Below are positions 45,887 through 56,249 of a stretch of DNA of 64,000 bases, in pieces. Origin of the DNA: an uncultured Bacteroides sp. (GTDB taxonomy: Bacteria; Bacteroidota; Bacteroidia; Bacteroidales; Bacteroidaceae); assembly GCA_949300425.1 (NCBI GenBank), contig CASGED010000007.1, positions 5,471 through 69,470 of the forward strand, in the 5' to 3' direction. The notes beneath the pieces are model-generated. The model saw nothing but the letters and a program-made list of their open reading frames with translations. It was not told the origin of the DNA and did not search any database. The position numbers and the translations under genes were made by a program. Each line of letters opens with the position of its first letter. The stretch's first letter is position 1.

Positions 45887-48703
45887 CTATTCTATGACAA
45901 CATCTTTACTTCCTATCACATTTATCCGCTGGCTTTCAGGCAAATCAGCATCTACCTTCAAACCTTTTACAACCGCTCCTATCACATCGTCCAAAACCAC
46001 CGCATACCTTCCGTCCGGCTTTTCCGTTGCTATCCGACAATTATCAAGGACAGCTTCCTTAACATGACGCATCCAAAAGCCGAAGGCAGGTTGCACCTTC
46101 AAGTCTCCCACGTTATAACGTCCGACTCCAATCTCAGGCGGACGGGCATTCCGGTTCTCCGAAGGATGCCCTCCTTTTACCAACAGGTTCACATCACGGA
46201 AACATACGTTCTCTATATAGCCTGTATGCCGCCCGTCGGGCAAAGTGAACGTAAGCCCTCCTTCCACATTTTCCGTATCTGGTAACTTGAAACCCGCAAT
46301 AATCGGCGAAGAAGCGTTTTGAGAACCATCGTAGGGCTTCCAACGTCCGCCCCGGAAAGAACTGCCTCCGTAGACTTCCTTTATATCAACCCCATTAATC
46401 ACGACATTCTCCACCCGGCCTATGTTCACGTTCGTCACCAACAATTCTTTCCTTATTCCTCCGTTCTCTCTAAAAGTAAAGGGTCTCACCTCTGCACCCA
46501 GCACCCGTCCCCGGTTGGAAATGGAAATAAAGAACGGTGCCCGTGTACGACGCATCTGCGAGCGCGAATGCAGTGAACCGGTCTTACCACTATTGAGATA
46601 CACGTTCTTCACATGCCCACCGTCATTCGTTGAGATGGAAAAGCCTGCTTTATTAGCTCCCAGTACATAGATATTGTCCACATAAACATCCTGAATGTCA
46701 TCGGCTGTTTCGGAACCAATTTGGAACAAGTTACAGTTCGTGTCACCTACTATGTTGCGTATCTCGTAATTACGGGCCGGGCGGGTAAATCCTAAAGAGC
46801 AATCCGAGCCAAGTTTTACAATATCATCGGAACTCACCCGCGAATATACGTTTTTCACCTTCACATCGTTACATCCCATGAAGTCGTAAATATCACGCGC
46901 ATTCTTCGAGTTATGCTTGCCAAAATAAGTATCATGCACATAGATACCGTCCGTTCCCGTGGCCAGCAAGACGAAATGTCCGCCTTGGTCTATATGCAAC
47001 ATGTTACTAACATCCGGATTTTTGCGTCCATCTGCCCCGATATAATACGGCTCGTCCGCTTGTTCGTCATACCACATGTCTTCCTTCTTTTCCAGTCCGC
47101 CAATCTCCACATTCTTACAAAGTTTCAACACAAACATCTTGTCGCAACGTCTGTCTTTCGCATTATTCATCACCTTGTCACTCGTCACAATATGGCCGTT
47201 TCCGGTTATACGTCCTGTTCCCACTATCTTCACATTTTCAATCCGTTCTCCCCAAAACATCGCGTTACGGAAGAAAGTATGCCCCACATCCTGTTTGGTC
47301 AGATAATTATCCGGATCCTTATACGGACGAGAGTCTGTAGGAGATAACCCGGAACGATAAGCACGGTCGCTAAACCATGTCACCTCCGGCGCATCCGCTC
47401 CCGGAATAGCCCGAATCGTAGCCCCTTGGCTAAGATTCAGCCAAACATTGCTCTGCAAATGCACTGTACGGACATTATAAACACCCGAAGAAAAATGCAA
47501 AATTCCTCCGCCGTAAGCATTCAAATTCCGTATAGCCCGGTTCAAAGCGTCGGTCTCATCCGTCACCCCGTCTCCTTTTAATCCCAACGTTTTTACGTTC
47601 CACTGTCCGGAATAATGCCAAGCCACATTAGAGTAACCTTCACTCGGGCCACCATCCACCCGAAGCTTAAACGCATACAACCGATTCGGATTCAACCGGC
47701 TAACCACGACCGAAGAATCACCGGGAAGAATGTTCACATCAGAGGGATTCCACGTACGTCCTTTATCTTCCGATTGAAGCAAACGGACCGCCCGGACGCC
47801 TTGGGGAACTGTCCAATGAAAAACCGCCGAGGTACAATCCGGGATTTCTTTATAAGCGGCTACCCGCAATGCTTCTCTACGAAAATCTGAAACTGCCGTA
47901 ACTCCCTCTAACACCACACTACAAGACGAACTATGCAGGATTTCCGGTTCCGAGGTAACATACGACACAGTGAACTGGTAATCTCCCACTGCGGGCAAAG
48001 ACACTCCGCTGATACAAAGCCGTATATCCGCTCCGTTAGCAGGACGCAAATCCACATTGCTGAAAATCAACCGTTTTCCGTTATTCCCTTCATCCACAAG
48101 TTCCACTGTTCCCACTTGCCGATACGAGTACTTACTGCCTGCACGGCCAATAGATTGCTTGGAAAACTCTCTTAAAAGGACTTCTCCCCTACCTATCAGA
48201 TTGACTGTCGTATTATCCAATGTGAGGTCAATGCCGGCCGGAATATGAAACGTCACTGTCACATCCGGACTGCGTTGTCCAGCATAAAAGTCCACAAGCA
48301 ATGAACTTTTGCCAGGCACCGTCATGACTTCACGATTCAAACACAGCCGAGGAGGCAAAGCTCCTTTATGAACTTTAACGGCAAAACGCTTGCCGGGAGA
48401 GGCTGCAAGTAAATAATCCCCCGTCTCAGGATAGCCATGCATTTTTTCCCGGCCGTTGGAAGAAAATAAGCTGAATCGTCCAAGTCCATTCTCTTTCAAC
48501 TGCTTTTTCAAGTCCTCCACCTTTATTAAGGTTGACACCAAACCGCTGTCTTCCGGCGTATCTACCGTATAACGATAAGTAGTCCCCTCAAACAACAGTA
48601 AAGAATCCCCCTTCACTTGCCACGGATAGGACGCGTCCTCCTGACTATATGCGCCAATACTACCCAACAGGCTCACAAGCCATAAAAAAAACAGTCTCTT
48701 CAT
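45887..48703 (-). CDS. Multidomain beta-helix pectin-lyase-fold / GH28-related protein with FN3-like domain
   Basis: Signal peptide MKRLFF; GLKGDGVTDETDALNRAI, ARDIYDF, SSDDIVKLG, FQIGSET; start ATG 48703 overlaps PL6 stop. Confidence 0.7.
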   Translation of the reverse strand: MKRLFFLWLVSLLGSIGAYSQEDASYPWQVKGDSLLLFEGTTYRYTVDTPEDSGLVSTLIKVEDLKKQLKENGLGRFSLFSSNGREKMHGYPETGDYLLAASPGKRFAVKVHKGALPPRLCLNREVMTVPGKSSLLVDFYAGQRSPDVTVTFHIPAGIDLTLDNTTVNLIGRGEVLLREFSKQSIGRAGSKYSYRQVGTVELVDEGNNGKRLIFSNVDLRPANGADIRLCISGVSLPAVGDYQFTVSYVTSEPEILHSSSCSVVLEGVTAVSDFRREALRVAAYKEIPDCTSAVFHWTVPQGVRAVRLLQSEDKGRTWNPSDVNILPGDSSVVVSRLNPNRLYAFKLRVDGGPSEGYSNVAWHYSGQWNVKTLGLKGDGVTDETDALNRAIRNLNAYGGGILHFSSGVYNVRTVHLQSNVWLNLSQGATIRAIPGADAPEVTWFSDRAYRSGLSPTDSRPYKDPDNYLTKQDVGHTFFRNAMFWGERIENVKIVGTGRITGNGHIVTSDKVMNNAKDRRCDKMFVLKLCKNVEIGGLEKKEDMWYDEQADEPYYIGADGRKNPDVSNMLHIDQGGHFVLLATGTDGIYVHDTYFGKHNSKNARDIYDFMGCNDVKVKNVYSRVSSDDIVKLGSDCSLGFTRPARNYEIRNIVGDTNCNLFQIGSETADDIQDVYVDNIYVLGANKAGFSISTNDGGHVKNVYLNSGKTGSLHSRSQMRRTRAPFFISISNRGRVLGAEVRPFTFRENGGIRKELLVTNVNIGRVENVVINGVDIKEVYGGSSFRGGRWKPYDGSQNASSPIIAGFKLPDTENVEGGLTFTLPDGRHTGYIENVCFRDVNLLVKGGHPSENRNARPPEIGVGRYNVGDLKVQPAFGFWMRHVKEAVLDNCRIATEKPDGRYAVVLDDVIGAVVKGLKVDADLPESQRINVIGSKDVVIE

Positions 48704-50121
48704 TGCATATATTCTTTTCTTATTATACGTATTTTTTCCGCCAGGGGCTGATACCAAGCCGGTCCTACGGAAGAAAGGCTGTTTTCGACCCTGTTTTTCT
48801 CCAACTCGCCCAAAGAAAGTGGTTGAGACTGTACCCGGAATCCCCGACGAATACATTCATAGGGGACTTTGTCAAGTGATTCCGCATCCTTAAACCGCCA
48901 CACATTATCCATAAACCGGAAGCCCGACAACAAGCTGTCGCCATGGGATATTTTCAATCTTGGTTCTTCACCCGCATACGTATTGTGGGCAAAACGTACA
49001 TTCTTAGGGAATTTAGTCCCATACCCTGAACCTAAATCCAACGGACAGTCTAAAAACCGGTTGTAGGCAATGTCCACATTCTCCACCCGATGATAAGAAG
49101 TCAGAGGTTCTTTTTTCACATCGGTATCAGCGGTAGGCCGCTCAAATACGCCCATGCGCACCAACAAGCCGAAGTCTTTCACATTCCTTATATAATTGTC
49201 ATACACGGTATGTCCTTGGTTGATGATACGGATACCAGCCGTACCTCGAATGCCATGTCCGATAAAGGTATTGGATTCCAATACATTGTAATGTCCGTGA
49301 CGGCAAACCAAGCCACCGCGCGATTCGTAAAACAGATTCCTGCGCACCACGTTGTGACACGATTTCACCGATATGATTTCATTCTCTCCGTCGCACCTGA
49401 AAAACACATTGTCTTCTACAATCGTACGCGACTCCAGTTGCGACGACCATGAATGCCCTATGCGAATAATCTCTGCTCCGTTCCCTCCGTAGGGTGGGCG
49501 TTCGCCAAAAAAGTTATGGTCAATGATGTGATTGTTCAGGTGGTTGCCTTTCTCCAGCCACACCTGCAACACGAGTCCGCCAATTGTCTTGTTGGCGAAG
49601 TAGCAATGGTCGATGCGGTTGTTCGCTCCCCGCAACACGACCCAATATTCGTCACCTCCCCCCGGTCGTGCTTCTTTCTTCGGGTCGTTACAGTCATCTA
49701 TCACGCAGCCGGTCATCCTGCAATAATTGGCAAATCCTTTTCCTTTCACCTGAAAGTCTATCATGTTCTTGTTCTTATTCGCAACCGGCCAGGCTTTATG
49801 GAACAACAAGCCCTCTATTTGCAGATATTCGCCACAAAGAGCCAGGTTGAAACTACCGGTCACTACGGCTCCCCCCGGACGTTCCGCCTTCCAAACAACG
49901 GGACTGACGAACGACCCTTTTCCGATGAAGTTCACTTCACCCAAATTCTCATAAACTCCGTCACGCAAGACAATCGTGTCCCCCGATTCCAGACTTCCTC
50001 CACCTAACAATTGCTTTAACGCTTGAACTTGAGATGGAGTGAAATAACGTTCTCTTGCCACAGAAGTCAGTAATACTCCCCATAGCAATGCAATAAACAC
50101 AAAGTACTTCTTATTTTTCAT
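48700..50121 (-). CDS. Polysaccharide lyase family 6 (chondroitinase B/alginate lyase fold)
   Basis: GDTIVLRDGVY, NNRIDHCYF, NGAEIIRIG, CDGENEIISVKS, LVCRHG. Confidence 0.88.
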   Translation of the reverse strand: MKNKKYFVFIALLWGVLLTSVARERYFTPSQVQALKQLLGGGSLESGDTIVLRDGVYENLGEVNFIGKGSFVSPVVWKAERPGGAVVTGSFNLALCGEYLQIEGLLFHKAWPVANKNKNMIDFQVKGKGFANYCRMTGCVIDDCNDPKKEARPGGGDEYWVVLRGANNRIDHCYFANKTIGGLVLQVWLEKGNHLNNHIIDHNFFGERPPYGGNGAEIIRIGHSWSSQLESRTIVEDNVFFRCDGENEIISVKSCHNVVRRNLFYESRGGLVCRHGHYNVLESNTFIGHGIRGTAGIRIINQGHTVYDNYIRNVKDFGLLVRMGVFERPTADTDVKKEPLTSYHRVENVDIAYNRFLDCPLDLGSGYGTKFPKNVRFAHNTYAGEEPRLKISHGDSLLSGFRFMDNVWRFKDAESLDKVPYECIRRGFRVQSQPLSLGELEKNRVENSLSSVGPAWYQPLAEKIRIIRKEYMQ

Positions 50122-50139
50122 GACACAAGATTTTTTCCA

Positions 50140-50147
50140 CAAAGATA
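50140..50147 (-). promoter_or_regulatory. -7 promoter box for the CAZyme operon
   Basis: TATCTTTG on minus strand about 19 nt upstream of ATG 50121. Confidence 0.55.
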
Positions 50148-50347
50148 GAAAAGCATATTAAATGGCTTGTTTTCTTTTTTCAACAGGCCGCTTTTTGAGA
50201 TAATATTTCAAGCAAAAAATACATTTTTGAAAGCGTCCTTACGATTGCCATGAAAAGTCCGCACCCATAAGAACGAAGAGTTTGTGAAACACTGAACGAA
50301 AAAAGTTGTACCTTTACGGCGTGATAACGTTAAAACTGTGACGAATT

Positions 50348-51304
50348 ATGCATATAGCAATATTAGACGGCTATGCAGCCAATCCAGGAGACCTATCCTG
50401 GGAAGAGATGAAGCAACTGGGCGATTGCGTCATTTATGACCGGACTTCGCCCGCCGAAGTGCTGGAACGTTCACGAGGAGCTGAAATCCTCCTGACCAAC
50501 AAGACCGTGCTCAACGCTGATACCATCAACGCCCTGCCTGACTTGCGCTACATCGGCGTACTGGCCACAGGCTTTAATATCGTAGATACGGAAGCAGCCA
50601 AGGCACGGGGAGTGATTGTTACCAATATTCCGGCCTATAGCACCGACTCCGTAGCGCAAATGGTGTTTGCGCATCTTCTGAACATCTGCCAGCAAGTGCA
50701 GCATCATTCGGAAGAAGTACGCAAGGGACGCTGGAGCAACAATCCGGACTTTTGCTTTTGGGACACGCCGCTCATCGAGCTATGCGGCAAGAAGATGGGT
50801 ATCGTGGGCTTAGGACATACAGGTTCACGGACGGCACGTATTGCCATTAGTTTGGGCATGGAGGTCTATGCCTATACCTCCAAATCCTCCTTCCAGCTTC
50901 CTCACGAAATCAAAAAGATGGAGTTGGATGAATTGTTCAGCGAGTGTGACGTCATCAGTTTACACTGCCCCCTCACGCCGGACACGCGCGAAATGGTCAA
51001 CGCCAGCCGTCTGGCCATGATGAAGCAGACAGCCATCCTCATCAACACCGGGCGAGGTCCTTTAATAAACGAACAAGACTTAGCCGACGCCCTGAACGCG
51101 GGACGCATCTATGCCGCCGGCCTGGACGTTCTCAGCAAAGAACCTCCCCAAGCGGACAATCCTCTGCTTACCGCACGCAACTGCTACATTACCCCACACA
51201 TAGCCTGGGCAAGCACCGCCGCCCGCAAACGCTTGATGCAGATAGCCGTGGAGAATGTAAAAGCATATATGGAAGGAAAAGCGATAAACATAGTCAACCG
51301 TTAA
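50348..51304 (+). CDS. D-2-hydroxyacid dehydrogenase (glycerate dehydrogenase/hydroxypyruvate reductase-like)
   Basis: GIVGLGHTG Rossmann motif, SLHCPLT, INTGRG, GLDVL..EP, TPHIAW. Confidence 0.9.
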   Translation: MHIAILDGYAANPGDLSWEEMKQLGDCVIYDRTSPAEVLERSRGAEILLTNKTVLNADTINALPDLRYIGVLATGFNIVDTEAAKARGVIVTNIPAYSTDSVAQMVFAHLLNICQQVQHHSEEVRKGRWSNNPDFCFWDTPLIELCGKKMGIVGLGHTGSRTARIAISLGMEVYAYTSKSSFQLPHEIKKMELDELFSECDVISLHCPLTPDTREMVNASRLAMMKQTAILINTGRGPLINEQDLADALNAGRIYAAGLDVLSKEPPQADNPLLTARNCYITPHIAWASTAARKRLMQIAVENVKAYMEGKAINIVNR

Positions 51305-51306
51305 CC

Positions 51307-52389
51307 ATGGGAAAATCTGCCGTCAAGAGTTTATTCTACGGAATACTCGTCATCATGACCTGCCTGTTGGCCGTGGTTACTATACTGGCTGCCTTTTCAG
51401 GGCGGTTCGAACCTGCCGGTCACCCCTGCATGGCTCTGCTGGGCTTAGGCTTGCCGTTGCTGCTGATAGCCTGCCTGCTCGCGTCTGCCGCATGGGGCGT
51501 AGCCCGCAAACAGTGGGCTTTAATACCCGTCATAGCGATAGCCTGTAGCTGGGGATATCTGTCCGCCACGTTTCAGATTCCCTGGTTTCATTCGGAGAAG
51601 GAGACGCGGCATCGGCTAAAGGTAGCCACGTACAACGTACACAACTTTGGAAAAGAAATCACAGGCTATTCGTGCAAAGAGATAGCCCGCCTGATGCGCG
51701 AAGAAGGGATGGATGTGCTTTGTCTTCAAGAGATGGGCGGAAACCGGAATTTTCCGACGGACAGCATCGTCCGGACATTCCGTCAGGTCTGGGAATATGC
51801 CTACTTCCCCGCCTGTGACACGGCGCGAAACCTGCCCATCGCCGTCTTCAGCCGCTACCCCATCTTTGGGCAACGCTTCATTCCCCATCCGGGTTCATAC
51901 AATAGTAGCATGGTGTGTGACCTCCTTGTCGGTATGGACACCATCCGCCTCCTGAACAACCACCTGCAAACGACCAGCGTGAGCCAAAACCGGAACCGAT
52001 GGCAACAGGAACTTTCCACCCACGACCGCAAACGGGAAGTGGAAGCCATGGAAAACGCCGCGGGCACGCTGTTGGGCAACTTCGACAAACGCACGGAGCA
52101 GACGCAAGCCATCGGCGACATCGTCCGCCAAAGCCCGCATCCCGTCATCCTGTGCGGCGACTTGAACTCTCTTCCGTCCTCCTACACGTATCACGTCCTT
52201 TCCCGCTTATTGAAAGACGGATTCAAAGAAGGCGGTACGGGATATATGTACACGTACCGCCTCGCCAAACGCCTGTTGCGCATAGACTACATTTTCCATT
52301 CGCCGGAGTTGCGCTGCGTGTCCTACCGCTCGCCGGATTGGGACTTGTGCAGCGACCATAATCCCGTCCTGAGCGAACTCGTCTGGTAA
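51307..52389 (+). CDS. Membrane-anchored endonuclease/exonuclease/phosphatase (EEP) family protein
   Basis: Three N-terminal TM helices; ATYNV, LCLQE, CGDLN, RIDYIF, SDHNPV. Confidence 0.85.
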   Translation: MGKSAVKSLFYGILVIMTCLLAVVTILAAFSGRFEPAGHPCMALLGLGLPLLLIACLLASAAWGVARKQWALIPVIAIACSWGYLSATFQIPWFHSEKETRHRLKVATYNVHNFGKEITGYSCKEIARLMREEGMDVLCLQEMGGNRNFPTDSIVRTFRQVWEYAYFPACDTARNLPIAVFSRYPIFGQRFIPHPGSYNSSMVCDLLVGMDTIRLLNNHLQTTSVSQNRNRWQQELSTHDRKREVEAMENAAGTLLGNFDKRTEQTQAIGDIVRQSPHPVILCGDLNSLPSSYTYHVLSRLLKDGFKEGGTGYMYTYRLAKRLLRIDYIFHSPELRCVSYRSPDWDLCSDHNPVLSELVW

Positions 52390-52395
52390 CGGGAA

Positions 52396-53709
52396 TCACC
52401 AAGCCCAGTCGGCTTCGCTCCAGGCACTTTCTACCGCGTCTTCCACGGCGTCGGGCAGGTTGCAAAAGAAGTCCAGTCCCGTATTTTCCTCCAGCTCGTC
52501 GACGCTGAGGGCATGTTCCAAAGTGACACTTACCGGTGCCTGGTTGTTATTATCGTATTGACTGTACTCCTTATGCTCCACCCAAAAGCCGACAGACTGA
52601 TAGTTGTTGCCTTTCTGCGCAAGCACGGCAATGAAATAGTATTGCGGACATGCCAGTCCGTGAATGGTGAAACCTTGTCCGTCCGTCTGCGGTGTCCGTC
52701 CATCAGCGGAAGTTATTTCGCCGGTAAAGTCCGTCAACAGACGGTTCATCGTCCCGCCTTTGGCAACGTATATCTTGTCATACACTCCCGAACGCGCCCA
52801 TTTTATCACCAGCCCCTCGAAGGTTATCCAATATCCGCCATTAAATGAGTTCATCATCGGACTCATGTTGCTGTAGTAGAAAGTTTGTTCATTGGCCTCT
52901 TTGCTGTACGAACGGTCGTCGGAGGCACAAAGATGTCCTTTGTCGAAGCCGTCGCTCTTATGGTCGCTTTCCTCCGGACTCATGCCGGGCAGTTGCGGGT
53001 CGGGACTCCAGGCGTCAGTACGGCCTACGTTCTTTTGCGCCGTTATCGCGTCGAAACTGAAAGCCACCCAAGCCGAATGACGTTTGCCTTCCGCCCATTC
53101 GAGAGCATAATTCAGCGTTTCCACATTATTATAAGTCACCGTATGCTCTACATATATATTCTCCTGATTAAGATGGGGCATGGCGTAGTCCGCGACATAC
53201 TTTTTACCCTCGATGGGGGCGTTGGCGTTCATGTTTTCCGCCGTAGGGTCACGTTCCTCCGTACTGTCGACGATATACTCCACCCCCACCTTGTTTCCTT
53301 CTATATAGGCTATGCGCAACTTCAAATACGTATAAAGCAACGAAGAGGCGTGACGCGCCCAATAGCATTTGCCTTCCGCAATGGCGGCGGTGGCGCTCCA
53401 ACCGTCCTCCCCGGGACGGGCGGACATCCCGTCCAAACGCGAAGCGTTGTCCGCGGCAAAGAGGTAAGAAGCGCCGGCCAACCGTCTTTCTTGGATATAG
53501 ATAGGGTCACCCAGGTTACCGGGATCCAGGGTAGTAAATCCGTCAGCGGCATTCTCGTATCCTTGCAACTCACCGAATGTCGAGCCATCAATCGTAGCCT
53601 CCGGAGTATCGGCAGGAGGAACATTTGTGCCATTGTCATCGCTACAGGACACCCAACATAGCATCCCTGTCAGAAATAAAAAGTAATAGTAGAATTTTTT
53701 CATATTCAT
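52396..53709 (-). CDS. Lipoprotein DNA/RNA non-specific endonuclease (NucA-type beta-beta-alpha-Me) with N-terminal accessory domain
   Basis: Lipobox WVSC; FDKGHLCASDD, NEQTFYYSNMSP...FN.G.W..FE, VDELEENTGLDFF. Confidence 0.88.
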   Translation of the reverse strand: MNMKKFYYYFLFLTGMLCWVSCSDDNGTNVPPADTPEATIDGSTFGELQGYENAADGFTTLDPGNLGDPIYIQERRLAGASYLFAADNASRLDGMSARPGEDGWSATAAIAEGKCYWARHASSLLYTYLKLRIAYIEGNKVGVEYIVDSTEERDPTAENMNANAPIEGKKYVADYAMPHLNQENIYVEHTVTYNNVETLNYALEWAEGKRHSAWVAFSFDAITAQKNVGRTDAWSPDPQLPGMSPEESDHKSDGFDKGHLCASDDRSYSKEANEQTFYYSNMSPMMNSFNGGYWITFEGLVIKWARSGVYDKIYVAKGGTMNRLLTDFTGEITSADGRTPQTDGQGFTIHGLACPQYYFIAVLAQKGNNYQSVGFWVEHKEYSQYDNNNQAPVSVTLEHALSVDELEENTGLDFFCNLPDAVEDAVESAWSEADWAW

Positions 53710-53723
53710 CAGTCGTTGAGATT

Positions 53724-53767
53724 AAAAAAGAGGATATGCCCGCTTCTCCGCAAGACATACCCCCTTT
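53724..53767 (-). terminator. Intrinsic terminator-like hairpin between lipoprotein and nuclease genes
   Basis: Minus strand aaagggggtatgtc...gggcatatcctc followed by tttttt. Confidence 0.6.
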
Positions 53768-53783
53768 ATTCAGTTCACAATAA

Positions 53784-56231
53784 TTATTCCTGGATAGACA
53801 AGTTCTTCACTTCAGCCGTAATGGCAGACTCTGCATCGCTCTTGTAGTGGAAGCTCAGATAAATCTTTTGTCCCACGTATGCGCTCATGTTGATGTTCTC
53901 AATCGTAACGAACGTCCAGTTAGAACCTGCCGGCCATCCGGTGATGGGCAATGTCTCCCAAGTCGCGGTAGTGGCGTCGCCGCTGTAATCGGTCGAGACG
54001 TTTACGCTGAAATAATCGTCCACCGTCTTGGCGTTCAGATAATTGATGGCCACATCGAACTTCATCACCGGAGCGACGGCCTTGCTCAAATCAATCTGCG
54101 GCGATACCAGCCAGCTTTCCGTAGTCTTGTTGCCGCCGGAGTAACCGGAAGCCTTCCATCCGTAAGAATTGTCGAGCTGCCAAATGTAGCTCAGTCCGTC
54201 GAGGGCGATGTCCTGTGCGGTAAATCCTCCGCTCTCACCGTCCAGCAGCGTAGCCGAATAGTAAACCTTGGCTTCCAGCCATTCGCCTTCCGTCTTCAAG
54301 AAGACGATAGATGTCTGTTGCGCCACGGTAGTTACCGTCCAGTTGGCGCCGTCATAGATGAATTCTGTAGCCACAATATTACCATTATTATTGGCATAAA
54401 CCACAGCCACTACATCGTCGGCACCGGCATACGGATAAGCCTGCTTCAGGTAAATGGGCAAAGTCTCTTCCGGATAACGGATGGTGGTGTAGCCAATCTT
54501 GTCATAGTCGGCAGGTTGCAGTACGGCGATGTCGGCATCGTCGGTCGTGTAAGCCTTCCAAGCACTGCCGTCGAAGCGGTAAACAGCGGACGCGTTCGGA
54601 GTGACGGCGGCGCGGGTGCTGACAGCCTTGGTCATGGCGGCCGTTTGATAGTTGGTCACTACCCACATGGTGAGGGCTTCCGGAGAACCGTAGTTAATCG
54701 CCTCGTCAATCGTAAAATAAGGCAAAGTGGCATCCGCGGTCACTTCGAAAGCGGGAGAGACAATGTACGATTCTGTCTCACGGTTAGAACCACCGACATA
54801 AGCACTTGCCTTCCAACCATACTGTTCGTCGAGCTGCCATACGTAGCTGAGACCACCGGTATTGACATCGTAGGTGGTAAATCCGCCGTCCTCACCGATT
54901 AACGAATTGGCGAAGAACACGTTTCCATTTACTTTGTCAGCGGCATACGAGCCGAACGACCAAGAAGCCTCTCCTTCACCGTTTACATAATAGTTCAGCT
55001 TGACGCTCTTCTGCTTTTCCACATTGGTGATGGTAAAGAGGTCGGCACCGCCGGCTGACTCAATCGTCCAGTCGTAACCGCTTTCGCCAATGGCATCGGA
55101 CACGTTGAAACTGTCATAGTTGCCGGACATGTAGATGTATTTGCCGATGGCATTCTTCAACGAATAGCCGTTGGCGGTAGCCTCCACGGTAATTACGTAA
55201 TATGCCGCGTCATCGGCACTGATTACTCCGTTATTGACTGTGATGGGGTCAGGATACATGTAGCCATAAGTATAACTGTCACCCGACAAGCGTCCGAAGG
55301 GGTAGTAGTTGCCGTCCACGCCTAAGGAAGCAATCACATAGTCGCCCGCACCGGCAAAATCGCGAGAACCGGTAGCTTGCTTGAACGAGCCATCCTCTTG
55401 CTTGGTAAACAGATATACATCTAAATAAGGAACTGCCAACGCCTTGAAGTTCTTCAACTCCCAAGTAGCAGCGGAACTGGTCGTACTGGTGTATCTGAAA
55501 GCGACATTCACCGTTTGTCCCTTGTAGGCAGACAAGTCTACCGGTCCTACGTTTACAAAACTCCAGCTATTGCCTGCAGCACGCACCGGAATGGAAGCTA
55601 TTTGCGACCAAGTCGGCTCAGCGGGTTCTTCACCTCCACCGCCAATGCTCGGCTCCGTGTCAGAGTAAGCATAGTTGACCAACAACATAGCACCTTCCTT
55701 CGCGCCCGGATTGGCCTCGCTCAGTATGGCAGGTATCTGCCTTACCGTAGAAGGTGAAAGGTAATTAGCGGTCACTCTGTCGCCCCAAACCGTCTTGTAG
55801 TCGTCCGAATCCAGGCTGTAGCTCCTAATTCCATCGAAGTCGTTCAGATAACCCGGCAAATTCTCATACTCATTATAATAGATGGTAACTTTCGAGCCGT
55901 CATCATAGTACGGGAATTTCTGGTCAAGGTAAGCGGGCAAATACCAAGCGGCTTGGGCGTTCTCGCTAAAGTATTCGTTGTCCTTCACATCCTCCAACGC
56001 TTTAAAGAAAATGGAATCAGTGGGGTCTTTGGACAAGGCGATGTTCTTATTGGCTTCTATGCCGGCAATGGTGCCGTAATCGGTCGCAGCCAAATAGAGG
56101 GTGTCGTTGCCCACATCGGTAGGATGTGCCAACTCATCGAAGCCGGGAAAATGTTTTTCGTTGTAGTCGCAACTGGCCACGGACAGTGCAGCGATCGCGA
56201 ACAGACTATATAATAAATGTTTTGTTCTCAT
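53784..56231 (-). CDS. Surface lipoprotein with repeated beta-sandwich (DUF5017/choice-of-anchor J-like) domains
   Basis: Lipobox VASC; repeated LSY.WQLD..YGWKAS.Y and (D/N)(L/M)SAY.GQ....F.Y.S segments. Confidence 0.65.
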   Translation of the reverse strand: MRTKHLLYSLFAIAALSVASCDYNEKHFPGFDELAHPTDVGNDTLYLAATDYGTIAGIEANKNIALSKDPTDSIFFKALEDVKDNEYFSENAQAAWYLPAYLDQKFPYYDDGSKVTIYYNEYENLPGYLNDFDGIRSYSLDSDDYKTVWGDRVTANYLSPSTVRQIPAILSEANPGAKEGAMLLVNYAYSDTEPSIGGGGEEPAEPTWSQIASIPVRAAGNSWSFVNVGPVDLSAYKGQTVNVAFRYTSTTSSAATWELKNFKALAVPYLDVYLFTKQEDGSFKQATGSRDFAGAGDYVIASLGVDGNYYPFGRLSGDSYTYGYMYPDPITVNNGVISADDAAYYVITVEATANGYSLKNAIGKYIYMSGNYDSFNVSDAIGESGYDWTIESAGGADLFTITNVEKQKSVKLNYYVNGEGEASWSFGSYAADKVNGNVFFANSLIGEDGGFTTYDVNTGGLSYVWQLDEQYGWKASAYVGGSNRETESYIVSPAFEVTADATLPYFTIDEAINYGSPEALTMWVVTNYQTAAMTKAVSTRAAVTPNASAVYRFDGSAWKAYTTDDADIAVLQPADYDKIGYTTIRYPEETLPIYLKQAYPYAGADDVVAVVYANNNGNIVATEFIYDGANWTVTTVAQQTSIVFLKTEGEWLEAKVYYSATLLDGESGGFTAQDIALDGLSYIWQLDNSYGWKASGYSGGNKTTESWLVSPQIDLSKAVAPVMKFDVAINYLNAKTVDDYFSVNVSTDYSGDATTATWETLPITGWPAGSNWTFVTIENINMSAYVGQKIYLSFHYKSDAESAITAEVKNLSIQE

Positions 56232-56249
56232 AATCAGTTTCCATTAAGT

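Noticed and set aside
48704-48856. Long overlap between PL6 and the beta-helix gene
   Set aside because: The signal peptide begins at ATG 48703, giving a normal ATGA overlap.
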